NCBI GenBank assembly: GCA_020724905.1 | Contig: DYGB01000004.1 | Span: 1-60,930, forward strand | Direction: 5' to 3' | DNA: 60,930 nt | DNA from: Candidatus Paceibacter sp. | GTDB lineage: Bacteria; Patescibacteriota; Minisyncoccia; UBA6257; JAGOQP01 | Notes under the pieces: generated by a model | What the model was told of the DNA's origin: nothing | Databases searched by the model: none | Seen by the model: the letters and a program-made list of their open reading frames with translations, nothing else | Program-made: the position numbers and the translations under genes | Shown here: positions 48,126 to 56,270 of the stretch, in pieces | How the letters are laid out: every line of letters begins with the position of its first letter | How positions within the stretch are numbered: position 1 is the stretch's first letter

Positions 48126-49433
48126 TTAAGCAAATGGCTTACATATTTTTGATTTTGCTGCCATAAAACCCAATTTGAATTTTGTAGAAACGTCAACCTT
48201 TTTAATGACATCTTCTATTACAACCTTTGAAGGCAAGTTTTTTAGGGAGGCATTAGCTTTGAGGAATTCCTTTTCTTTATCCCCTTTTTCCTTTTGTTTA
48301 ACGATACGGTATTCTTCTAATTCCCTCTCAATCTCTTTTCTTTTCTTCATCTTTTCTTCATCTTTTTTCTTTCTCTTTTCTTCTCTTTCATGTCTATTTC
48401 TCAGTCCTAATTTCTTAATACTGTATATAGCAAGAAGAAGAACAGCTATTCCTACTAAAACACTGTAGTTATTTTCTGTTTTAGAGATGATCCCTTCACC
48501 AACGCTGGAAATGATAGAATATATCGTCCAAGTTATCAGCCCAGCAACTACATAGAGAAAAGGGGTGAAATATAATGGAATTTTTTTATTATCATTATAA
48601 TCATCCCACCACCAATACTCATCTTTACTTTTCCATAAACGCCAACGCGAAAAACCACGTCTTCGCCTAAAATAGAAAAGGTTGTGTATTTCATTGCTGT
48701 TCTCTCCTCCAAAATCTTTAATTCCTATGGGACGAAATCCAAAAAAAAGAAGGAATAAAGACCCTAAAAACCAATATAGATACGCAGCAATTACAAAAAC
48801 CACTCCTACAAACTTTGCAAGTCCCATACCAATCATGTGAAAAATAAACACAAATGGCTGTATGGTAAAAGCAAATATCTTTCTTTTTCGGTATTGACAT
48901 TGATCAATTGGTTCTTTTTTGAAATACTTATTCACCCAATTCCATACAAATTCCCCAAACCCTTTCTTTGGTTTATGAGCAAATAATTCATCGGGAACTT
49001 CAAAATCCGTAGCAATTATGTATACTCTTTTATTACGCAAAACGCCTCCTTGATCTAAATCCTTATACAAGATGTGGGAAGGACCATAATTTTTCAGATG
49101 TATATCAACATAATCTGATGCATCTCTCATTGTTTCCCCACAAAAAACATACATTAGAAAAGTATGTTTTCCAGGAGATTTCAAAGGAATATAAGCGGCA
49201 AGTTCTTTTGCTTTTCCGATAAATAATAAATCACCGGAGAAAAACTTAAAATGATCCTCAGACTTAAAATCTGAAAGGGTCTTCCCTTTTATATCAACAA
49301 TTGCAACGTACTGCGGGTTTTCCTCAACAAGCCCTTCTGAAAAACCCCATCGTACTGGAATAGTAGCGGAATCTAAAACATCATTCCCACCGTTAAGAAC
49401 CATCTTGATGTTCGAAGAACCAATAGCTTTCAT
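48126..49433 (-). CDS. hypothetical membrane protein (435 aa): soluble N-domain, about 4 TM, Lys/Glu-rich coiled-coil tail
   Basis: SD GGAGG 7 nt before the ATG. No motif recognised. Confidence 0.6.
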   Translation of the reverse strand: MKAIGSSNIKMVLNGGNDVLDSATIPVRWGFSEGLVEENPQYVAIVDIKGKTLSDFKSEDHFKFFSGDLLFIGKAKELAAYIPLKSPGKHTFLMYVFCGETMRDASDYVDIHLKNYGPSHILYKDLDQGGVLRNKRVYIIATDFEVPDELFAHKPKKGFGEFVWNWVNKYFKKEPIDQCQYRKRKIFAFTIQPFVFIFHMIGMGLAKFVGVVFVIAAYLYWFLGSLFLLFFGFRPIGIKDFGGENSNEIHNLFYFRRRRGFSRWRLWKSKDEYWWWDDYNDNKKIPLYFTPFLYVVAGLITWTIYSIISSVGEGIISKTENNYSVLVGIAVLLLAIYSIKKLGLRNRHEREEKRKKKDEEKMKKRKEIERELEEYRIVKQKEKGDKEKEFLKANASLKNLPSKVVIEDVIKKVDVSTKFKLGFMAAKSKICKPFA

Positions 49434-49478
49434 TACATTACCTCCATTTATTAAATTGTAAAAAATTATGCTATTTAG

Positions 49479-49507
49479 AATATAGCATAATTATAGTACT
49501 TAGTCAA
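49479..49507 (-). promoter_or_regulatory. sigma70-type promoter abutting the tRNA-Asn 3' end
   Basis: Minus strand reads TTGACT-17 nt-TATATT with TGC upstream of the -10. The -35 box starts 9 nt after the tRNA discriminator base. Confidence 0.65.
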
Positions 49508-49515
49508 TATTAGTG

Positions 49516-49832
49516 CTCCGGTGGTAGGACTCGAACCTACAACCATCTCCTTACATCTTACCCTTATATTTCTATAAGGAATGGACTATCTCATCATCCT
49601 CAAGAGGATGTGGGGCGCTTCCTCTAATACACGTATTAGAGTACTTCCAAAAAGGAATAGTCTCTACACCTTATTGTAATATTTACAATATTGGCTCGGG
49701 ATTACCATTTAAGGCTTCCCCGATTTCACCCCATGTTTCCAATCCTAGATCTCTCTAGGAGGCTGCGTAATCCCAGTTTTATACTGGGTTTTTCTCTCAC
49801 AGGGAGCCGCTCTACCATTGAGCTACACCGGA
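49516..49832 (-). tRNA. tRNA-Asn(GUU) interrupted by a 245-nt intron in the anticodon loop; no CCA encoded
   Basis: The 5' exon is 49832->49799 (TCCGGTG TA GCTC AATGGTA GAGC G GCTCC CTGT). The 3' exon is 49553->49516 (TAA GGAGA TGGTT GTAGG TTCGAGT CCTAC CACCGGA G). Joined, they give a 72-nt cloverleaf with U1:A72, G73 and anticodon loop CTGTTAA. Confidence 0.85.
49554..49798 (-). ncRNA. group I self-splicing intron, IC3-like, no ORF
   Basis: Follows an exon U and ends in G. Has an internal guide GCAG. Core strings AATCCCGAGCCAA and AAGGTGTAGAGACTA match tRNA-borne IC3 introns from memory. Candidate P2-P9 pairings are identifiable. Confidence 0.8.
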
Positions 49833-49899
49833 ATATTCTTTTATATTGTGCACTTCGTAACTATATCAAATAGAGGTATATCTACAAGATATAGTCATG

Positions 49900-49972
49900 T
49901 CCGTCCGGGAGGACTCGAACCTCCGACCATTTGCTTAAAAGGCAACTGCTCTACCAGCTGAGCTACGGACGG
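49900..49972 (-). tRNA. tRNA-Lys(UUU), no CCA encoded
   Basis: Acceptor CCGTCCG/CGGACGG, D arm GCTC-AGCTGGTA-GAGC, anticodon loop CTTTTAA, T arm GGAGG-TTCGAGT-CCTCC, A73. 73 nt. Confidence 0.9.
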
Positions 49973-49998
49973 ATACAAAAGATACTCTACTATGCTTT

Positions 49999-51114
49999 CT
50001 ACTCATTTTCAAGCTCTTCTGAGAGCTTCTGTGCATGTTCAAGGGCTTTCTTGTTCATTTTCTTTGGGGTAATGAGGTTCAGGTATACGATAAGGTCACC
50101 ATGAGATCCTCCCCCAAAGGAAAAACTATTTCCGCGAGGCATTCCCTCTCCTTTTAGTATAACAGGTTTTAAGAGAGATTCTCCACGTGGGATATCAATA
50201 GTAACAGACTTCCCACTTACATGAGTAAGTGAAATTGTTTTTTCCTTTAACAGATCCTTGAGGAATATATTCTTTGTTGCTACTAAGTTGTCTCCCTCAA
50301 CCTGAAATGTCTTATGTGGCTCAATACGTACGCGAATATAGGCATCTCCTGAAGGATTATTTAGTACACCGGCCTGTCCTTTTTCTGGTACCTTTATCAC
50401 CTGCCCATTTCTAATTCCTTGTGGTATATGAACAGTAACTGACTGTGTTCCTTTTTTCCTTCCTTTCCCCTGACAATCAGTACATGGTTTGCTGGCAACC
50501 TTTCCTGTCCCCAAGCAGTTCTCACACTCACGAACTTGCATAAAAGAACCAAACATAGTTCTTCTTTGTTCTCGTATCTCCCCACTCCCTTTACAAACAG
50601 AACACTCCTTTATCGTTGCATCTTTGAGATGTCCCTTTCCTTCACAGGTATTACATAGGGTTTCAGTTTGAAACTGTATTTTCTTTTCAACTCCACGATA
50701 CGCCTCTTCGAGGGTAATAGATACTCCTACCTCAATATCAGATCCTCTCTTTTGTGATCGTGCTCGTCCTCCCATACCACCAGAGAAAAATGATCCAAAG
50801 ATATCACCAATATCTCCAAAGTCTCCTGAAAACTGAGAAAAATCAAATTGACTTGGGTCAAATCCGCCAAATCCTGCTCCCCCACCAGCACCTCCACCTG
50901 CCTGGTTAAAGTTTGAACCGAAACGATCATATTGAGTTCGTTTCTTTTCATTTGAAAGCACCTGGTATGCTTCATTTATCTCTTTGAACTTCTCTTCGTC
51001 CCCTCCCTTCTTATCAGGATGATATTTCTGAGCGAGTTTCCGATACGCCTTCTTTATTTCATCGGAAGAGGCACTCTTTGAAACGCCAAGAATGTCGTAA
51101 TAATCTTTTTTCAT
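49999..51114 (-). CDS. dnaJ: molecular chaperone DnaJ
   Basis: J domain with HPD (KYHPDK), G/F-rich linker, and four CxxCxGxG zinc-finger repeats. Confidence 0.96.
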   Translation of the reverse strand: MKKDYYDILGVSKSASSDEIKKAYRKLAQKYHPDKKGGDEEKFKEINEAYQVLSNEKKRTQYDRFGSNFNQAGGGAGGGAGFGGFDPSQFDFSQFSGDFGDIGDIFGSFFSGGMGGRARSQKRGSDIEVGVSITLEEAYRGVEKKIQFQTETLCNTCEGKGHLKDATIKECSVCKGSGEIREQRRTMFGSFMQVRECENCLGTGKVASKPCTDCQGKGRKKGTQSVTVHIPQGIRNGQVIKVPEKGQAGVLNNPSGDAYIRVRIEPHKTFQVEGDNLVATKNIFLKDLLKEKTISLTHVSGKSVTIDIPRGESLLKPVILKGEGMPRGNSFSFGGGSHGDLIVYLNLITPKKMNKKALEHAQKLSEELENE

Positions 51115-51124
51115 ATATGGTGAG

Positions 51125-52162
51125 CTACTCTAGTGTTATCCATTCCTTATCCCTACTCTCAAAGGTTGTTTTGAAAAACTTTATAATCAAAAGCATCTCA
51201 TACAGCACAAAAGCAATAGGAATAATAACAATACGAAATATAATTGATGAAGTCTGAATTACTAATGCAATAACAACGGAGATAATAAGCAATGTTATGT
51301 TCCGAGAACTCTCATTGAGGGAATTAAACTTTGAAAGAAACGCCTCATAGATAGCCTCAGATATCTTTTTGTCTGGATCAATACGTACTCCAAGAGATTC
51401 TTCAATACGATTCTGAAACTCAATAACTGATTGATTAATCAACTGTGTACGAATAAGGTCAGGCGTTGCAAATCGTATTGTCCTATCAGAACTCTCCTCT
51501 ATCGCAGCATCAACTGCTTTTTCTGCTGCTTCTCGCAAGGTAAGGGAGGTATCAATGTCTCCAAAGAGTGGAGTAAATGCTTTTGATACTGTTGGAGTAA
51601 GATCTTCAAATATAGACTTTGGCAAAAATGCATTGTCTTCTCCAAGTGGTTGAGAAGAAAATACATTAAAAAATACGAATGCAATCAAAATAGCGAATGA
51701 CAACATTGTCTTTCCAATAATAGAAGAGCTCGTTCGAGCAAATCGAACACGCACTGAAGTAACAATTTCCCATCGCCCTCCAATAACAGCAAGAGAAAGA
51801 AATAAAAGAAATAGCATTCCTCCAACAACCATCCCCCCAGAAGCTCCTCCTAACAAGAAAGATCCGATCACAGAGAGCCCAGGAAGAAATACCAATAGCG
51901 TTAATGCTTTTCTATTTCGGATTGAAATAATTCCTAACAGGAACACAACAAGAAACACAGAAAACCATCCAAGCACAACAAATGGAGATACCTGAGAATT
52001 AGCTACTCCTGCATGAAAATATTCATACAGATATCGTCCAAGGAATAATCCTGCAATGGTTTGGAGAATAATGAATACAAGATGTTTCCCCCATAACAAC
52101 AGACGCGTTTTCCGCGCCTGTTTTTGTTGTGGGGAAAGATTTGTTTCAAGAAATGTATTCAC
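51125..52162 (-). CDS. hypothetical multi-pass membrane protein embedded in the dnaK operon (345 aa)
   Basis: Five N-terminal TM segments, a soluble middle region and two C-terminal TM segments. 12-nt and 10-nt gaps to dnaK and dnaJ. Confidence 0.6.
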   Translation of the reverse strand: MNTFLETNLSPQQKQARKTRLLLWGKHLVFIILQTIAGLFLGRYLYEYFHAGVANSQVSPFVVLGWFSVFLVVFLLGIISIRNRKALTLLVFLPGLSVIGSFLLGGASGGMVVGGMLFLLFLSLAVIGGRWEIVTSVRVRFARTSSSIIGKTMLSFAILIAFVFFNVFSSQPLGEDNAFLPKSIFEDLTPTVSKAFTPLFGDIDTSLTLREAAEKAVDAAIEESSDRTIRFATPDLIRTQLINQSVIEFQNRIEESLGVRIDPDKKISEAIYEAFLSKFNSLNESSRNITLLIISVVIALVIQTSSIIFRIVIIPIAFVLYEMLLIIKFFKTTFESRDKEWITLE

Positions 52163-52174
52163 TATAGGGAGATA

Positions 52175-54055
52175 TTATTTATCTTCTTCCTTTGTGTTGT
52201 CTGCATCCTTTTGTTCTTCTTGTGGTGTTTCATTTTCTTTTTGAGATGCTTGTTCTTTATCATACATCTCTTGGCCGATCTTTTGAAGTACCCCAGAGAG
52301 TTCTTGAGCAGCACGTTCAATTGTTTCAGGATCAGTTTCTCCAAGTGTCTTTGAAAGAGCTTCCTTTTTCTCTGTAACTTCTTTCTTTGTATTATCATCT
52401 ATCTTCTCTCCCCAATCTTTGAGGTTCTTCTCGGCACTGTAGATAAGTTGTTCAGCTTGATTTCTTACCTCAACAAGTCGTTTCTTCTTTTTATCTTCTT
52501 CAGCATGTACTTCTGCTTCTTTTTTAAGTTTTTCAACTTCATCTTTTGAAAGCTGTGTTGTTGCTTCAATGCGCACTGATTGTTTCTTTCCACTTGCTTT
52601 ATCATGTGCTGATACTTCAAGAATTCCATTTGAGTTAATATCAAATTTCACCTCAATCTGAGGAACTCCACGAGGTGATGGTGGAATACCATCAAGGATA
52701 AAGCGCCCCAGAGACTTGTTATCAACAGCCATTGATCGTTCTCCCTGAAGAATATGAATTTCAACTGATGTTTGATTATCAGCTGCTGTTGAAAATGTCT
52801 GTGATTGTGAGGTAGGAATTGCGGTATTTTTCTCAATCATTGGGGTATAGACTCCTCCTAATGTTTCAATACCAAGAGTGAGAGGAATCACATCAACCAA
52901 TGTGACGTCTTTTACATCTCCTTGAAAGATACCTGCCTGTACTGCAGCACCGATAGCAACCACTTCATCAGGATTAATACCTTTATGTGCTTCTTTCCCA
53001 AAGAGCTTCTTTACTGCTTCTTGTATTGCAGGCATACGTGTCTGTCCTCCAACAAGGATAACCTCATCAATGTCTTCAATTTTTAATCCTGCATCCTGTA
53101 TTACCTGTTGAGTATGTTCAATTGACTCACTCACAAGATCATCAACTAAGCTTTCAAGTTTTGCTCGTGTCAGCTTCATGACGAAATGTTTTGGTCCACT
53201 GTCTCCTGAAGTAATGTAGGGAAGATTTATTTCAGTTTCCTGTGTTGTTGAAAGTTCATGTTTTGCCTTTTCTGCTGCTTCTCGAAGTCGTTGAAGTGCA
53301 AGAGGATCTTTTGAAATGTCAACACCTTCGGCTTTCTTATACTCTTCAAGTAAGAATTCTATGATACGTGCATCAAGATCATCTCCTCCAAGATGTGTAT
53401 CTCCCCCTGTTGCTTTTACCTCAACAACGTCATCTCCTACCTCAAGAACTGATACATCAAAGGTTCCTCCACCAAAGTCATAGACGACAATCTTTTCTTC
53501 TTTTTTCTTGTTAAGTCCGTAAGCAAGTGCTGCTGCTGTTGGTTCGTTAATAATACGGCGCACCTTCAATCCTGCAATTTCTCCTGCATTTTTTGTTGCC
53601 TGTCTTTGAGAATCATCAAAGTACGCAGGAACAGTGATAACAGCCTCTTCAATTGTCTCCCCTGTCTTTGCTTCAGCATCAGCTTTCATTTTTGCAAGCA
53701 CCATTGCTGAAATCTCTTCAGGTTTGTGCCACTTTTCTCCCATTTTTACTTCAACACCTCCACTTGCTGATTCACGAATTTCAAATGGAAGATTCTTTTT
53801 ATCTGTTCCCACTTCTTCTTCTGAGAACTTTCTCCCGATAAAGCGTTTTACTGAAGAAATAGTATTTTGTGGATTTACCACAGCCTGACGTTTTGCCAGT
53901 AGTCCTACTAATCGTTCTCCTGACTTGTTTAATGCAACAACTGATGGTGTTGTTCTGTTTCCCTCTGTATTTTCAAGTACTTGAGGATCTCCTCCTTCAA
54001 TGATTGCCATTGCAGAGTTTGTTGTCCCCAAATCAATTCCTAATATTTTTGCCAT
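52175..54055 (-). CDS. dnaK: molecular chaperone DnaK (Hsp70)
   Basis: [19 protein letters not shown] and [11 protein letters not shown] motifs. 626 aa. Confidence 0.98.
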   Translation of the reverse strand: MAKILGIDLGTTNSAMAIIEGGDPQVLENTEGNRTTPSVVALNKSGERLVGLLAKRQAVVNPQNTISSVKRFIGRKFSEEEVGTDKKNLPFEIRESASGGVEVKMGEKWHKPEEISAMVLAKMKADAEAKTGETIEEAVITVPAYFDDSQRQATKNAGEIAGLKVRRIINEPTAAALAYGLNKKKEEKIVVYDFGGGTFDVSVLEVGDDVVEVKATGGDTHLGGDDLDARIIEFLLEEYKKAEGVDISKDPLALQRLREAAEKAKHELSTTQETEINLPYITSGDSGPKHFVMKLTRAKLESLVDDLVSESIEHTQQVIQDAGLKIEDIDEVILVGGQTRMPAIQEAVKKLFGKEAHKGINPDEVVAIGAAVQAGIFQGDVKDVTLVDVIPLTLGIETLGGVYTPMIEKNTAIPTSQSQTFSTAADNQTSVEIHILQGERSMAVDNKSLGRFILDGIPPSPRGVPQIEVKFDINSNGILEVSAHDKASGKKQSVRIEATTQLSKDEVEKLKKEAEVHAEEDKKKKRLVEVRNQAEQLIYSAEKNLKDWGEKIDDNTKKEVTEKKEALSKTLGETDPETIERAAQELSGVLQKIGQEMYDKEQASQKENETPQEEQKDADNTKEEDK

Positions 54056-54073
54056 ATGCGTAGTATGTGTTAC

Positions 54074-54571
54074 TTATTCATTTCCTTTTGATACTTTAAC
54101 CCGAGCTGGACGGATAAGTTTCCCATGAAGCATGTATCCTCTCTCCACTTCATCAACAATTGCTCCTGGAGGTTTTTGAGAAGGAATACTTGCAATTGCT
54201 TCATGTACCGATGGATCAAATTCTTGTCCTTCAGATATCATCACCTTCTCAAGTCCATGTTTTTTCAGTGCATCTTCAAGCTGTGTTCTGATCAGAAATA
54301 CTCCTTTCTTTATCGCTTCATCTTTGAGAGTCTCAAGAGCAAGATCAAATGAATCAAGTACATGCAACATATCTTTTATTATCTGCTCATTACTGAATTT
54401 TACCATGTGACTCACTCGCTCTTCTTCTTTCTTTTTGTAATTGAGAAAATCTGCTTTTGCTCGCTTCCATCCTTCCAGATATTCATCTCGTTCTTTCTCT
54501 ACTTGCGATACATCCTCTTGAGAGGATGTGGAATCATGAGATATATTCTGTTGTCCGTTCTCTTCATGCAT
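54074..54571 (-). CDS. grpE: nucleotide exchange factor GrpE
   Basis: The pattern ....RAKADFLNYKKR..... plus the C-terminal beta domain (GY...GK.IRPA.V.V). Confidence 0.93.
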   Translation of the reverse strand: MHEENGQQNISHDSTSSQEDVSQVEKERDEYLEGWKRAKADFLNYKKKEEERVSHMVKFSNEQIIKDMLHVLDSFDLALETLKDEAIKKGVFLIRTQLEDALKKHGLEKVMISEGQEFDPSVHEAIASIPSQKPPGAIVDEVERGYMLHGKLIRPARVKVSKGNE

Positions 54572-54600
54572 AAGAGATTAGAAGGGTTAAAAACATTCCT

Positions 54601-54628
54601 ATTGTACTCTTTTGAGCGCTCATGTCAA
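54601..54628 (-). promoter_or_regulatory. grpE-dnaK operon promoter with palindrome in the spacer
   Basis: Minus strand reads TTGACA-16 nt-TACAAT. A perfect 10-bp palindrome TGAGCGCTCA (54613-54622) starts right after the -35. Confidence 0.6.
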
Positions 54629-54631
54629 TCA

Positions 54632-54656
54632 TAAAAAAGGGCCACTAAAGTGGCCC
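54632..54656 (-). terminator. rho-independent terminator with no annotated gene upstream
   Basis: Stem GGGCCAC/GTGGCCC (54639-54645/54650-54656) followed by T6 on the minus strand only. Confidence 0.7.
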
Positions 54657-54752
54657 ACATGCATATCGTTATCAACCCCTCTCTTCCTTCCATCGTTTCC
54701 TGTGGGTTGATAGGTATAACACATCAAATCATCTATATATAAAAAGAACGGT
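54632..54752 (-). ncRNA. candidate small RNA, leader or micropeptide transcript upstream of grpE
   Basis: Bounded by its own promoter (54759-54787) and terminator. Contains a 9-bp stem TATCAACCC/GGGTTGATA enclosing the purine-rich loop ACAGGAAACGATGGAAGGAAGAGAG. Confidence 0.3.
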
Positions 54753-54758
54753 ACATTA

Positions 54759-54787
54759 TATATACCATATACATAACCAAGAGTCAA
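54759..54787 (-). promoter_or_regulatory. orphan sigma70-type promoter (extended -10)
   Basis: Minus strand reads TTGACT-17 nt-TATATA, with the spacer ending in TGG so that it reads TGGTATATAAT. Confidence 0.5.
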
Positions 54788-54827
54788 TACTCCCCTTTTT
54801 TTGTTCTCTCAGGTATACTATCTGTAT

Positions 54828-56270
54828 ATGGATCTTCATCTATACAATTCTCTCACAAAAACAAAGGAGCTATTCGTATCACAGCATAAAAAGACGGTAA
54901 CACTCTATACGTGTGGACCAACGGTATACAACTATGCACACATTGGAAACCTACGTACCTATGTCTTTGAAGATGTTTTAAAACGAACACTTCAATTCTT
55001 TGGGTATAGTCCCCTGCATGGAATGAATATCACTGATGTAGGGCATATGAGTGATGATGGAGATGAAGGAGAAGACAAGATAGAAAAGGGAGCCTTACGG
55101 GAAGGAAAACATCCTCTTGCTATCGCACAGAAATATGAAGCAGTGTTTTTTGATGACCTCCATTCGTTAAACATTATCCCTCCTCAGAAAGTAGCACGAG
55201 CTACAGACACCATTCCACAACAAATTGAGATTATCGCCCTTCTCCTTGAAAAAAACCATGCCTATATCACCCCTCAGGCAATTTATTTTGATACTCATAG
55301 TATTGATTCATATGGAGCTCTTTCTGGACAGGCTATTGATGAGAAAAAAATTGGGGCTCGAGAGGACGTCGTTAGTGACAGTGAAAAGAAACATCCATCT
55401 GATTTTGCACTATGGTTCTTTCTTGTAGGGAAGCATGAAAACCATATGCTCCATTGGCCATCACCATGGGGAGAAGGATTTCCTGGATGGCACCTAGAAT
55501 GTAGTGCTATTTCTCGATCACTTCTTGGACAACCCCTAGATATTCACACAGGAGGAATTGATCACCTTGGAACACACCATCCAAATGAAATTGCACAGAG
55601 TGAGGCAGCCTATGACCTTCCTTTGGCACATACCTGGATCCATGGAGCATTCCTTACCGTTGATGAGGGACGTATGGGAAAAAGTGAAGGAAATGCTCTT
55701 ATACTCAAATCTGTTATTGAACAGGGGTATGATCCACTTGATCTTCGCTATCTCTTTTTAACTGTACACTATCGTTCTCCTCTTTCTTTTAGTTGGGATT
55801 CATTATCTGCAGCACAACAAGCGCGAGAACATCTGGTATGGTTTCTTTCTCTCATCCCTCTTAAAAAAGAAAAGGGAGAGAAAGGATACAAAGAGCAACT
55901 TACTTCATATACAGATTCATTTCGTTCTGCTCTTGGAGATGATCTTAATACCCCTCAGGCACTCTCTGTACTATGGAACGCTCTTAAAAATCCTCTTATC
56001 CCCCTTCATCTCAGACAACGCTTTATTTCAAAACATCTTGATATTCTTGGAATTCCCACCCGTCCCACAAAAAAATCTCTTCCATTTAGAGTGAGGAGTC
56101 TTGCTAAGAAACGAGAGAAGCTTCGAAGTAATAAACAGTTTATCCAGGCAGATGTATTGCGCAAGAAAATAGATGCGCTAGGATACATCGTAGAAGACAC
56201 ACCACGCGGACCATACTTTTCACCACACCATGGCAAACACACAGACCACAAAAATACCACCTCACGATAA
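54828..56270 (+). CDS. cysS: cysteine--tRNA ligase
   Basis: CGPTVYNYAHIGN (HIGH-type) and KMGKSEGN (KMSKS) motifs. Start set at the ATG at 54828. Confidence 0.95.
   Translation: MDLHLYNSLTKTKELFVSQHKKTVTLYTCGPTVYNYAHIGNLRTYVFEDVLKRTLQFFGYSPLHGMNITDVGHMSDDGDEGEDKIEKGALREGKHPLAIAQKYEAVFFDDLHSLNIIPPQKVARATDTIPQQIEIIALLLEKNHAYITPQAIYFDTHSIDSYGALSGQAIDEKKIGAREDVVSDSEKKHPSDFALWFFLVGKHENHMLHWPSPWGEGFPGWHLECSAISRSLLGQPLDIHTGGIDHLGTHHPNEIAQSEAAYDLPLAHTWIHGAFLTVDEGRMGKSEGNALILKSVIEQGYDPLDLRYLFLTVHYRSPLSFSWDSLSAAQQAREHLVWFLSLIPLKKEKGEKGYKEQLTSYTDSFRSALGDDLNTPQALSVLWNALKNPLIPLHLRQRFISKHLDILGIPTRPTKKSLPFRVRSLAKKREKLRSNKQFIQADVLRKKIDALGYIVEDTPRGPYFSPHHGKHTDHKNTTSR

Noticed and set aside
42858-49516. Integrase, transposase or other recombinase in the tRNA-adjacent island
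   Set aside because: None of the ORFs shows R..H..R..Y tyrosine-recombinase, serine-recombinase or DDE features. The island is therefore not called a mobile element, only a scarred accessory region.
49799-49808. Reading the split tRNA as tRNA-His(GUG) from the contiguous 5' sequence CTGTGAG
   Set aside because: That splice choice makes the intron end in T rather than G. U1:A72 with G73 and no G(-1) fit Asn, not His. The CTGT|TAA junction obeys the group I U/G rule and gives a 7-nt loop.
49691-49873. 60-aa + strand ORF across the tRNA-Asn locus
   Set aside because: It lies antisense within the group I intron and tRNA 5' exon. It has no RBS and is explained by the RNA gene.
54572-54827. T-box leader upstream of cysS
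   Set aside because: There is no T-box sequence (AAnnnGGGTGGTACCGCG-like), no specifier-loop architecture and no + strand terminator. The only terminator in the gap works on the minus strand.
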